From the NCBI RefSeq assembly GCF_964213995.1, contig NC_135825.1, forward strand, positions 12,896,001-12,960,000: DNA of 64,000 bases, written 5' to 3'. Positions 11,729 to 23,950 of the stretch are shown piece by piece (position 1 is the first letter of the stretch; each line of letters opens with the position of its first letter). The notes below the pieces were generated by a model. That model did no database searches, was not told the origin of the DNA, and was given only the letters and a program-made list of their open reading frames with translations. This DNA is from Mustelus asterias (taxonomy: Eukaryota). The position numbers and the translations under genes were made by a program.

Positions 11729-12610
11729 GTAAACACAGAAACATAGGAAATGGGAGCAAGAGTATTCCTTCAGAATATCTCAGATTCACTAACCAAAAAC
11801 CAGCAAAGTGCATAAGCTGGACATTTTTAAGACGTTCTGTGCACCAATTTTAACCGAGTAAGTGTTTTTTTAAACTTACCTGGACAATTCTGCCTCGGCA
11901 CTGTGTTCGCCGTCATGTAGCTCTCGACTAGTTACTGGCTTCACTGCTTCATATTCCACTCTCTCCGCCACTCCAAGTGACCCTTACACCAGCCGACCCA
12001 GAGAGACATGAACCACCCGTGGCCTGAACCACCCGACCGCATTCCAGCAAGGTCTGAAATCCAGCAGGACTGGATTTGAGCGATTCCACCCAATTCCACA
12101 TTGAACAAGTTCCACCTTCTAACAACTCTCTGGGTAAGGAGATTAGAAACTTTCACTGATACTAATAGTAACCGTCAATAATAAAAATATATTGAAAGTT
12201 CATAGAATCGCTACAATGCAGATGGAGGCCATTCAGCCCACACTCACAACAATCCCACCCAGACCCTATCCTCGTAACCCCACACATTTACCCTGCTAAT
12301 TCCCCAACACCAAGGGGTAATTTAGCATGACCAATCAACCTTAACCTACACATCTTTGTTGTGTAGGAGGAAACCAGAGCACTCAGAGGAAACCCACGCA
12401 GACACGGGGAGAATGTGCAAACTCCACACAGACAGTGACACAAGCCAGGAATCGAATCCGGGTCCCTAGCACTGTGAGGCAGCAGTGCTAACCACCATGC
12501 CACTGTGCTGCACCTCACAGATTATTGTCCATCCGACACTATTAGCCCCCTGTGAAGCCCCCTCAGAATCTACCTTCTCCTCAGCCTTTTCACAAGATTA
12601 TATACGTTAG

Positions 12611-12770
12611 TTAATTTTATTGTTACCAAGAGGAAAGGAAATGAAGGAGTGTTCTGGTGTGGAACAGCAAAAATAAATGGTGTAAACCTTGTAAAGATAA
12701 GAGAATCGGACAGTTGCTGACGGTAAGATTCTATGTAAGATTATTATAATTCAGTCGGTATTGAATCGAA
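12611..12770 (+). pseudogene. Decayed duplicate of the 3' half of the D2 exon plus donor and intron start (copy 1)
   Basis: AATTTTATTGTTACCA..GGAAATGAAGGAGTGTTCTGGTGTGGAACAGCAAAAATAAATG..G|GTAAGATT..ATTATTATAATTCA aligns with 11055-11225. Confidence 0.8.
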
Positions 12771-13477
12771 CTCGGAACGGAAACTTGGCCAATACCAGTG
12801 CTTGTGCTTCACATGAGGCCCATTCTAGTCACCCCTTATCTCACACTTTTAGCATCCCCTTTGGTTCATTTCCGTCTATATGCCTTTATCTCGCTCCCCA
12901 TTAAAAGCATCTATGACTTTTGCCACAACTTCTGCTTACGGTAGCAAGTTTCACATTTCGCAGGTTCCACATTCTAACAATTCTGAGTTAAGAATTTTCT
13001 TCCTGAATTCCTCATCGGTTATTTTAGTAACCATTTTAGATTTTGGTTCTGTCATAATCATAGAATCACTGAATCCCTGCAGTGCAGAAGGAGGCCATTT
13101 GGCCCATCGAGTCTGCACCAAACACAATCCCACCCAGGCCCTATTCCCGTCACCCCTCTTTTTTATCCTGTTAACTCCCCTGACACTAATTTAGCACGGC
13201 CAATCAACCTAACCCGCACATCTTTGGACTGTGGAAGGAAACCGGAGCGCCCGGAGGAAACCCATGCAGACACGGGGAGAATGTGCAAACACCACACAAA
13301 CAGTGACTCGAGGCCGGGATTGAACCCGGGTACTTGGCGCTGTGAGGCAGCAGTGCTAACCACTGTGCCGTGCCACCCCAGTGCATAAGTGGAAACATCT
13401 CATGTCTTATGATTTTTTTCCCCACCATGCATGGGATGTTGGTGCCTCTGAGGAGGCCAGCTCTAATTAAATTTGAT

Positions 13478-14492
13478 TTGATTTGATTTATCATTGTCAC
13501 ATGTATTACTATACAATGAAAAGCATTGCTTCCTGCATGCTATACAGACAAGGCATACCATTCAGAGATCAGGAAAGGAGAGAGTGCAGAATGTAGTGTT
13601 ACATTCATAGCTAGGGTGTAGAGAAAGATCAGCTGAGTGCAAGGTGGGCCCATTGTAGAGTCTGGTGGCAGCAGGGGAGCAGCTGTTCTTGAGTCGGTTG
13701 GTACATGTCCTCCGACTTTTGTATCTTTTTCCGACAGAAGAAGGTGGAAGAGAGTATGTCTAGGGTGCGTGGGGTTCTTGAAAGCTGGCTGCATTTCCGA
13801 GGCAGCAGGAGGTGTAGACAGACTCAACGGATGGGAGGCTGATGGACTGGGCTTCATTCATGACCCTTTGTCGTTTTTTACGGTCTTGGGTAGAGCAGGA
13901 GCCATACCAAGCTGTGATACAACCAGAAAGAATGCTTTCTGTGGTGCATCTGTAAAAGTTGGCGAGAGTCGTAGTGGACATGCCAAATTTCCTTAGTCTT
14001 CTGAGAAAGTAGAGGCTTTGGGGGGCTTTCTGAACTATAGTGTTGGCATGGGCAGACCAGGACAGGTTGTTGGTGATCTGGATACCTAAAAGCTTGAAGC
14101 TCTCGACCATTTCTACTTCGTCCCCATTGATGTAGACAGGGGCATGTCCTCTACTACGCTTCCTGAAGTCAATGACTCTCTCCTTCATTTTGTTGACATT
14201 GAGGGAGAGATTGTTGTTGCCGCACCAGTTCACCAGATTCTCTATCTCTTTCCTGTACTCCGTCTCATCATTATTTGAGATCCGACCCATTGGTGGTGAT
14301 GCCATCAGCAAACTTGAAAATTGAGTTGGAGTGGAATTTGTCCACACAGTCATAGGTGTATAAGGAGTATAATAGGGGGTTAAGAACACAGCCTTGTTGG
14401 GCACCGGTGTTGAGGATGATCGTGGAGGAGGTGTTGTTGCCTATCCTTACTGATTGCGATCTGTGGGTTAGGAAGTTCAGGATCCAGTCGCA
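13478..14492 (-). mobile_element. Rex1/Babar-type LINE 3' fragment (copy at ~54200-55232; a shorter + strand tail at 17280-17655)
   Basis: [25 protein letters not shown]; LYFLRRLRKFG..ESILSGCITAWYG; (ATCAA)n tail. Confidence 0.85.
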
Positions 14493-16622
14493 AATGTGAA
14501 CATTTGGTGGCAGGTCACTGCTGCAATCCATGTAGTGTTGGTGCTGTTTGGGAGAGAATCCCAGGATCCGAATCCAGTGAGAGTGAGATAACAACGATGC
14601 ATTCCTGAACCTGGGTAGAATATTACACATACTTATTTGGTCAGGCAGCACGGTGGCACAGTGGTCAGCACTGCTGCCTCACAGCGCCAGGGACCTGGGT
14701 TCAATTCTGGCCTTGGGTCAGTGCCGGTGTGGAGTTTGCACATTCTCCCCATGTCTATGTGGGTTTCCCCCGGGGGGTTCGGTTTCCTCCCACAGTCCAA
14801 AGGTGTACAGCAAAGGTTGATTGGCCATGCTAAATTGCCCCTTAGTGTCAGAGGAATTAGCATGGTAAAAACATGGGGTTATGGGGATAGGGCCTGGGTG
14901 GGATTGTGGTCGGTGCAGACTCAATGGGCCGAATGGCCTCTTGCTTCACTGTTGGGAATCTATGACTCTAATCCATCTATGAGCTTTCGTGAAATCATTG
15001 CTTGCGGTAGTACATAGAATTCAGTAAATGGAGATGAATTGGCATCTTAATCTGGACATAAAAACATTTGCAAGTCATCACTTCGATTTCGAATGAGCAA
15101 CAAGTGAGGCCACGATTATTTCTCTTTGTTTCAGCCTCACTTTATGATGAAAGAAGATAACCTCATTCTGTGTTATGGGGCAGAAACATGTATTGAAGAA
15201 GCTCTGTGGCAAATCCATCCTCATTTTGAGTTTGACCACATTGGACAGTGAGGCATCAAGTAATCTTTCCCTGCACAAGGGAAGAAAAGATTAAGGGTGC
15301 AGTCACGGCTCGGCGCTTTGGATGGATTCTTACCAGTGCCATTAGCATTGCCAACTTTGAATCGGGTGGCACAGTGGCACAATGGATAGCACTGCTACCT
15401 CACAGCACCAGGGACCCAGGTTCAATTCCAGCTTTGGGTATCTGCCTGTGTGGAGTCTGCACGTTCTCCCCATATCTGCGTGGGTTTCCTCCGGGTGCTC
15501 CGGTTTCCACCCACAGTCCAAAGATGTGCTGGTTAGGTGGATTAACCATGATAAATTGACCCTTAGTGTTCAGGAATTTGTAGGTTTAGTGAATTGGCCA
15601 TGGTAAATTTACAGGGTTACGGGAATAGGACGGTGGGGAGGGGGGGGGGGTGGAATGGCCTCCTTCTGCACTGTAGGAAGTTTATAGAAATATACTTCTC
15701 CAACCATGCTCCAACCATCAGTCACTCAACACATGCATCTCGTGACATACCACCTTCCTACGCTAATTGGAAAACAAAAAGGCTCATTTTTTGAGTGGAT
15801 GATGCATGATTGTCAATGAAATAGCATTTCCACTGCACCCCTCTGTCACCCCCACCTTTTTCAATATTTTTACAACCAGTAAAGAGAAGTGTTCGAAGAA
15901 AATGACCAAAGAAAATCTTTTTTAATGTCCGGATGATTTTTCTCCAGTGTCCTGGAGATTCCAGATCAATCCAGGAGGGTTGGTGACCCTAACTCCCTGG
16001 AGGTGATGTTACAGGTGGAGGCAAGGGGAATTTCAGACAGTTGAGTGTTGGGACAGTTCTCCACTGTTGTCCCACCTCTGGGCCAGTATCCCATGGGCAG
16101 ACTACCATGGGAACTGTCAGCCTACTCCCTGGAGACAGGCAGTCAACAAAGCCAATTAAGGGTCTACTCAGCAGCCATTTTCAGCAGTCACTGGAATTTT
16201 CCTGGTATCAAGCCCCAACCTCCACTGTTCCTCCCCCCCCCAACCACCCATCCCTTCCCATCCCCCGCACCCCACTCCTCCTACTGGGGCCAGAGCCAGC
16301 TCTTTGAAGACAACCTCCCAGCAGGTGGAAGGCCATTGGACCCTCTTCTCAATCCCCCTATTCATGGAGCCACACAAACTAAAGAGCCACAACCACAATA
16401 ACTCCTGCCAGGGAGATCCCCCTTCAATCTGATAGCCCAAATGGATGTGGGCCTTCTTCAATTGCAAATTCTCGACAGGCCTCTGAGGTCACCTCCATTT
16501 TGATAAAACCCTCTCAGTCCTCTAGCTGCCTGTTTGACCATAAACTAAATCTATCTCTTCCTCTGCTCCCCTTGCACAAGATTATGCGACAATTCAAGAC
16601 AAGGAAATCCGTTCAACCAACG

Positions 16623-16743
16623 TCCATCCGTCCATCCATCCATCCATCCATCCATCCATGTCTATTCATCCATCCAGCCAAATCTATTCATCCAAGTCTA
16701 TTCATCCATCCATATATATCCATCCATATCTATCCATCCATCC
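16623..16743. repeat. (CATC)n microsatellite (copy at ~57426-57538)
   Basis: Read directly. Confidence 0.9.
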
Positions 16744-16777
16744 AGAATTTGACCAGTTGGCTCAAGGAAACTGAAAG

Positions 16778-17122
16778 GGCGGCACGGTAGTACAGTGGTT
16801 AGCACTGCTGCTTCACAGCTCCAGGGACCCGGGTTCGATTCCCGGCTTGGGTCACTGTCTGTGTGGAATTTGCACATTCTCCCCGTGTCTGCGTGGGTTT
16901 CCTCCGGGTGTTCCGGTTTCCTCCCACAGTCCAAAGATGTGCGGGTTAGGTTGATTGGCCGTGTTAAAATTGCCCCTTAGTGTCCTGAGATGCGGAGGTT
17001 AGAGGGATTAGCGGGTAAATGTGTGGGGATACGGGGGTAGGGCCTGGGTGGGATTGTGGTCGGTGCAGACTCGATGGGTCAAATGGCCTCTTTCTGCACT
17101 GTAGGGTTTCTATGAATCTATG
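16778..17122 (+). mobile_element. Full-length HE1-type V-SINE (tRNA head, CR1-like tail); representative of many copies, e.g. 11241-11562, 12200-12510, 13055-13375, 14644-14968, 15364-15680, 18858-19198 and their unit-2 paralogues
   Basis: A box (TACAGTGGTTAG here), B box GGTTCGATTCC, V-domain GGGTTTCCTCCGGGTG..CCGGTTTCCTCCC, tail (CTATGAT)n. Confidence 0.9.
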
Positions 17123-17929
17123 AAAGAGCCAGTGATCAGAACAACTCTCTGGGTAAAGAGTTTAGAAACTTTCACTGATATTAATAACAACCACTAATAA
17201 TAAAACGACATTGAAAGTTTATGCTATACTTCACAGAATATTGTCTTTCCAACACTATTAGCCCCTTGTGAAACCCCCTCAGAAAACCAGCCTCCCACCC
17301 ATTGACTCTGTCTACACTTCCCGCTGCTTCGGAAAAGCAGCCAGAGTTATCAAGGACCCCACGCACTCCGGGCATTCTCTCTTCCACCTTCTTCCATCGG
17401 GAAAAAGATACAAAAGTCTGAGGTCACATACCAGCCGAATCAAGAACAGCTTCTTCCCTGCTGCCATCAGACTTTTGAATGGACCTACTTCGTATTACGA
17501 TGATCTTTCTCTACACCTGAGCAATGGTTGTAACACTACATTCTACACTCTCTCCTTCCTGTCACCATGTTAGGGATGCTTAGTCGGTCCAGCGCGCAAG
17601 AACCAATACTTTTCACTGCATGCTAATACATGTGACAATAATAAATCAAATCAAAAACTTCTCCTCAGCTCACTTTTCAATATGTTAGTTAAGGACACAG
17701 AATCCATTCAAAAAAATCGCTCTTCATTCATCCTGTATTTGACCAATTGATGTAAGGAAACTTAACCAGCCAGTGTTCAGAATGAATTAAACCCCTGCCC
17801 CCACCACCAACCTGCCTTTCCCCCACTCACAACACCCAGGCTCACTTTCTATAAGTACTGTCTACTGAAGAGAATTGTGGTGGTTATCAGTTCTTCATTG
17901 AATTATTCATTCATGTTCATTTGCTACAG

Positions 17930-17963
17930 TAGGAAATTCAGAAGTTTCCAACAATACCTCAAG
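17930..17963 (+). CDS. Copy 1 short juxtamembrane exon
   Basis: 34 nt, AG/GT, phase 1 to phase 2. Confidence 0.75.
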
Positions 17964-19273
17964 GTAAGATTTGAATTTGCATCTTATAAATAACAATTGT
18001 TGAGCCATTCTGAATGAAGCCACAGTTGATAGATAATCCAGCTTCCCTCACAAGTCATGGTGAGCAATGCAATGTCTTTATATTACCACAGACCAGATAG
18101 CGGCAATCTTGGTGCCATATTTTTCCTCAGGATTCTTCCATTGATTGCCTTCCCATTTAAGACACACAACATCGAAGTCAGGAAGTAAAGTTCTTGCATG
18201 TCCTGCCAATAATCATTCAGTACAATAATATGTGAGGATCGCATTGCAACTTTCTGCTGATTCCTTCCACCATGGAACACCCGTCACCTCAGCCCGGTGT
18301 TTCATTCATTCCCGGGATGTGGGCGCTGCTGACAGAGCCTGCATTTATTCCCAATCCCTCATTGCCCTTGAGAAAGAGTTGGTAAGTTGCCAACTTTCAA
18401 CCCCTGCTGTCCATGTGATGTCGGTGCACCCACAGTGTTATTCAGTGGAGAGGGTTTCGACCCAGAAAAGGTGAGGAAACCATGATACACTTCCAATTCA
18501 AGTTAGCGTGGGAGTTAAAAGGGGAATTACAGGTGGCGCTGTCATGCCTGCTGCCCTTGTCTCTGTAAATGGCGATGGTCACAGGTTTGGAAGGTCATGT
18601 TGAAGAAGCCTCAGAAAATTGCTGCAAAGTATCGTCAACAACGAGATGTAATCTCACCAGAACATTGCTCAGCTCTCAGCTCAGGAGTAAGTAAATGAAT
18701 TCCTCAAGTTGGTTCAATCTGTTGGAGATATTTTCCCTGTGCACACACAGCCCAATAACTCCGCAATGTGATTACACGTTGTAAATCAGCCCACAGCTTG
18801 TACAAACTGTCTGTGCTTTCAATATGATGTTGCACACATTTTGGGAAGTTGAATGTGGTCATAGAATCCCTACAACGCAGAAGTGTCCATTCGGCCCATC
18901 AAATCAGCACTGACTCTCTGCCAGGCCCTCTGCTCTGCCCTATCCCCATAAACCCACTCATCTACCATAGCCAATCCGTCTAACCTACACACCTTTGGAC
19001 ACTAAGGGGCAAATATAGTATGGCCAATCCACATAACCTGCATATCTTTGGACTGTGGGAAGAAACCGGAGCATCCGGAGGAAGCCCACACAGACACAGG
19101 GAGAACGGGCAAACTCCACACAGACAGTGATCCAAGCCGGGAATTGAACCCGGGTCCTTGGAGCTGTGAGGCAGCAGTGCGAACCACTGTGCCACCGTGT
19201 TTATCACACAAGTTTATCACATAAACTTTGGGATAAGTTATCTTGTATTAATTATAGCTCCTTGTTTTGTCAG

Positions 19274-19380
19274 AGACGTTCTGTTGGAGATATGGGCGAT
19301 ATTCCGCTGGCTGCTCTTCAGTGCTCTGGTTGCTTGCACTGTTTCAGTCACGTGCTATGCACATTGTGCAAAAGACCCAG
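19274..19380 (+). CDS. Copy 1 transmembrane exon with intramembrane Arg
   Basis: Within ORF 19197..19394: RDVLLEIWAIFRWLLFSALVACTVSVTCYAHCAKDP; AG/GT flanks. Confidence 0.85.
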
Positions 19381-19734
19381 GTATAATATTTTAAATCTGT
19401 TTCCTCTCATATTTATAGATATTTAACTTCAACCTAAAAGCTGAGGCACTTTGAAAGTTGCTGAAAAAACACAGCAAAAAAATCTACAAGAAAATGACTC
19501 CTCCTCGAGAAATCTAACCGAATGAACCATTGTCACCAGGCCAGTGTTAGAATAAGAACTGCTGGAGTGAATTTTAGGTTTGTTAATAGAAAGGATAAAA
19601 TGTCAGTTCATCTGCAGTTTTTGGTTTACACATGGGAGTCCAAGATGGGAAAATTCCAAGTAGGCAGTGGATACAAAGCACTCAGTTTCATTCAATGTTT
19701 ATTTAAAATGCACGCTTGTGGACAAAGGTGGCCA

Positions 19735-20100
19735 TAAGACCATAAGAAACAGGAACAGGAGAAGGCTGTTCGGCCCCTCAAGCCTGCTCCACCAATCAAA
19801 AGGATCATGGCTGATCCCAACATTCCTCATGTCCACTTTCCTGCCCTTTCCCGTAATTCCCGTAATTCCTTTACTGATCAAAAATCTATCTATTTCGGTC
19901 TTAAATATACACAAGGACTCTGCCCCCACAGCTCTCTGTGGCAAGGAGTTCCAAAGACTCACAGCCCTCTGAGAGAAGAAATTCCTCCTCATCTCAGTCT
20001 TAAGTTGGTGCCCCTTTATTCTGAGACCGTGCCCTCTGGCCCTAGACTCTCCCATGATGGGAAGCATTCTCTCAGCATTTACCCTGTCAAGCCCCTTAAG
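19735..20100 (-). mobile_element. CR1 LINE 3' fragment (copy at ~60530-60895)
   Basis: KTEMRRNFFSQRAVSLWNSLPQRAV..FKTEIDRFL. Confidence 0.88.
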
Positions 20101-20553
20101 AATCCAAGATGACTCAATGGCCTGGAACATGGATAAAAGAACACCAGCAGTGTTCCCGGATCAGAAACAGTTGGCGGACTTTTCCCGTCCGGCCCGCCGT
20201 GGGAATCGGAGCAGGTGGGGGGCGGACCATGCAAATGGCCATTGACTTCTAGTGAGATTTTCCAGTCTTGGGGCGAGCGCGGCCGGAAAATCCCACCCAG
20301 TATATTGCATTGTAGAACCTGGAACCCCAAGATGGGCGCCAGAGCTTTGGGCACCGCACGCAAAATAGAAAGCTCCCCCTACCTCAGGAAACTTGAACAA
20401 TATCACTGTTTGAGATTATGGCAAACACGCTTCAGCACTTATGTGAGGATATACCCAACCATTCCTTCACCTATTTTTTTGCCAGTGTCTCTCAAAGTAT
20501 TTCACTTCATCCATTTTCAACAGTCTAGTTGCTTAAATTAATTTCTCCTTCAG

Positions 20554-20573
20554 CTCCCCAGGTGAGCAAATGA
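20554..20573 (+). CDS. Copy 1 probable terminal coding exon (APQVSK*); alternative frame ends at 20623
   Basis: atttctccttcag| acceptor, followed by an AT-rich 3' UTR. Confidence 0.55.
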
Positions 20574-20786
20574 TGGGTTATGTGGAAACCTCAACCACAG
20601 AACATAAATGGATCAGAGTTTGATTCGAAGATTGCTCGGAAGATTGACTAATTCCTACACGAATGTCCAGAATATTCCCACTTGCTTTTGGAAGTTACTT
20701 TGCAATATTGCAGTATTTTATACTTTATGACAATCTGAAATGCTTTGTACCGCCTCCAGAAATTGTGTGCAAACTCCTTTTATTCT

Positions 20787-20792
20787 AATAAA
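20787..20792 (+). terminator. Probable polyadenylation signal of copy 1 (copy 2 at 61582-61587)
   Basis: AATAAA about 210 nt after the stop, with T/GT-rich sequence downstream. Confidence 0.55.
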
Positions 20793-21943
20793 AAATAGAT
20801 AAACTTTCTTGATATTTTTATTTTAAGGAGTCAAGTTGTTTTTTGCCATGGTCACAAATGTCTAAGTTTTAAAGTTTATTTATTAGTGTCGCAAGTAGGC
20901 TTACACTAACAATGCAATGAAGTTACTGTGGAAATCCCCTCGTCGCCACACTCCAGCGCCTGTTCGGGTACACTGAGGGAGAATTTAGCACGGCCAATGC
21001 ACCTAACTAGCACATCCTTCGGATTGTGGGGGGAAACCGGAGCACCGAGGAAACCCACGCTGACTCTGGAAGAACATGCAGACTCCGCACAGACAATGAC
21101 CCAAACCGGGGATCGAATTCAGGTCCCTGGCACTGTGAGGTAGCAGCATTAACCACTGCGCCACCGTGCAAATGATAGGATTCATGCTGATAATTGTCCC
21201 CAGTTTGCATTAATCAGCACAAACTGGTTAAAAAGATGTCATAGTTTGATTTTGAAATAATACAATGAAATTGGAGGAAAATGGAAAGACAAGGGGAAGT
21301 GGCTTTGAGCGCATGTGGAGAGTTTAATCCCCTTAAAGTCACAGAAGACCAGGATCCCAATACCAAAAAATCCCAATAACAAAAATTTATTCACATATGG
21401 ACTTGGAGTTTTGGCCACCTGGAACTGGATTCACCAACCTCGCTTGCAGCTGGGATTTTCCAGACCCGCTGAGGGCCAATTTCTCCGTTCTTGCTGACAT
21501 CGGCCACGGGGCATGAACGGATGGAGAATTCTTGCCCTGGGTCTTTAAAGGCAAAGATAACACTGCCTCACCTGCTGCAGCTGGCATCTTTCCTGGCGTT
21601 TTCTGAAGACTGAGGACGGGATTTTCCGGCCATTCTTGTCAGCGGGATTTTCCGGTCCCGCTGCAGTGAACAGAGATTTGGCTGAGCACCAAATTCTCCA
21701 TCCTCGCTTGCAGCGGCAGTGGGGCGTGAACGACCGGTAAGATCGTGCCCTGAATCTTTGAATAAAAGGGGGCAGCACAAAAACTGGTCTTCCTCACCAC
21801 GTGGTTATTTATCGCCACCTTCCAAATATAGTCTTGTGTTTTCTTTGATGAGCTACAAGCTCTTGTTTGATAGAATCATAGAATCCCTACAGTGCAGAAA
21901 GAGGCCATTCGGCCCATCGGGTCTGCACTGATCACAATCCCAC

Positions 21944-22640
21944 TGTTGTAGCGCAATATCAGAAATTGTATCTTGTATATTAATTGTAAATTGTATAATG
22001 TACATGTCCATTCATATTTTATTTAATTTCAGTATAACACATGCAGGGCTACATAGAGCAAGCCCAGAGAGCCAGGCCTCACCAGAGGGAAGGAAAGGGT
22101 TAATGCAGACAGCTCGAGGCCTGCTCTCCCAACAGGTAACAATTAACGTGTGCCATCAAATTCTGATGTGCAGGAGATCATTCAAATTATCACAACAATG
22201 GGAGAACTGACATTAAGACAGCCAGACTCCATATAGTCCAGGGACGGCATCGTCTTCTGTAAAACACGATCATCTAGCAGAGGGGGGGAACGATTCAGTG
22301 CAAATTGGTTGAGCAAATACAGTGCTTTCACATTATAATCGGGTAATCGGAACCGACAAAGAACTGATTAACGAAGTTGTACTTAACAATGCAGTCTGCA
22401 TAACAAGATTAGAAGAACCATCTTGTATCCAACTCAAGGAATTAATATGTTAATGCAAACCTTTGTGACTTGAAAAAGCATATTAACCTGAACCAACCTA
22501 TAAGGCCAGAGAAAGACTGGCAGGAAACCTGAGATTTCAGGCCGGAGTCCAGCTCTCCCTCATGCATGTGGAATAAAAACATTTCTTGAAGTTCAACACA
22601 GCCTCCAAGGCTCAACTCGCTTTATTTCCCTCCTACATCA
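21944..22640 (+). mobile_element. Solo LTR inserted into a SINE
   Basis: TGTTGTAG...CTACATCA termini, AATAAA near 22572, splits a minus-strand HE1-type SINE (21870-21943 and 22641-22850). Confidence 0.75.
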
Positions 22641-22849
22641 CCCAGGCCCTATCCCTATCACACCCACTTATTTACCCTGCTCACTCCCTGACACTGAGGG
22701 GCGATTTAGCATGGCCAATCTACCTGACCTGTCTGTCATTGGACTGTGGGAAGAAACCAGAGCACCCGGAGGAAACCCACGCAGACACAGGGAGAATGTG
22801 CAAACTCTACACAGACAGTGACCCAAGCCGGCATTGAACCCGGGCACCT

Positions 22850-23950
22850 GGGAGACTCGAACAGAGGCAGTTTCTGGGGCTCCTCACTGGGCGTCACGGC
22901 CGCTGCGCATCTCCTGTAGCCGGAGTTTTGGTGCAGTCAGCTCCGCGCCGGAAATCGGGCAGTTGCATAATGTCTGCAGACCCTCATTTGAATATGTTTA
23001 AAATCAGCCTCTCACCCCCCCCTGCCAGGAGTATTTCACTCCAGCCGGGTTTAGCATCGTTCCCCACTTGAGGGGAGCCCGTGACCCGAGCCCGCTCGAG
23101 TGAAGAGGGGCCATCGAGGCCCCCCACAGGATCGGGTGCAGTGGGGGAGGTTCCCCCTGGGCATTGCCACCTAGGCAGTGCCAACCTGGCCCCCAGCAAT
23201 GCCTGAGGGGCAAAGTGCCAATGCCCAGGGGGCTTCTTGGCCCTGCCCACTGGGCATAGGGCAGTGCCGAGTGGAGGGGCCTATTGGGGGTGGGGCCTGA
23301 TGGGGGGGACCTCGGCGTGGGGGTTGCGATCTGTGAGGGTGTGGGGTCCTGTTGCCACTCTGCACTTTGGGCTGAGTGACAGAGGGAGGGAGGGAGGCCA
23401 GCGATCGGGGCTGGCCAGCGAGGTGGGAGGGGGCAGCCTGCTGGGTCTGTCAGGGCTGCAGGGAGGGAGTTACGACTGCGGGGAGGGGGTGTCGGGGCTG
23501 CGGGGTGGGGGGGAAACGGGATGGATCGGGAGATCGGGGTTGCCGGGGATGGGTGGAGGTGGGAGGGGGTGGTCGTTCAAGCTTGGTGCGAGCATGTTGG
23601 GGGGGCCGGAAATCGGGCCATGGGGGGGCGGGGGGGTCGCACGGTCAGCGATGCGGGGGTTGTGGGGCTGGCCAGCAATCGGGAGGCCGGCAGTGCGGGA
23701 CTACAACAGATGCATCAATCTCTGCTCTGACCAATCAGCGTATGCACAGTGGCCCGCTCAGCGCTACGCTGCCGACCTCTCCAATGGGAATAGGCACCGC
23801 CCACTGATTTTCAGTGTGATTCATGCGAGTGCACTCTGCAATGCACAATGTGGGAGATTCATTTGGAAACCCCCGCTGAAAAATCCAGCAGGATTTGCTC
23901 CAGTTTTTACGTGAATTCAACAATTAAATATTTTTGGGGAGAATCACCCC
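22850..23950. mobile_element. GC-rich non-autonomous DNA-transposon-like repeat; related short MITE-like elements at ~20171-20298, 21449-21750 and 24440-24612
   Basis: Ends GGGAGAATCACCCC; the short copies have GGGATTTTCC...GGAAAATCCC-type imperfect inverted termini; no coding motif. Confidence 0.5.

Larger units (their letters stand above)
3070..23230 (+). repeat. Segmental tandem duplication unit 1, matching 43927-64000 (offset ~40.7-40.9 kb)
   Basis: Colinear near-identical sequence and ORF track; looser homology extends to ~2050 vs ~42750. Confidence 0.95.

Noticed and set aside
14637-15017. Recurrent ORFs with VVSTAASQRQGPG / CGRKPEHPEETH
   Set aside because: Translations of the tRNA-derived V-SINE; also not true tRNA genes, since they run into the SINE body
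23237-23914. 225-aa Gly-rich ORF
   Set aside because: Arises from a GC-rich non-autonomous repeat; no domain motif or splice context
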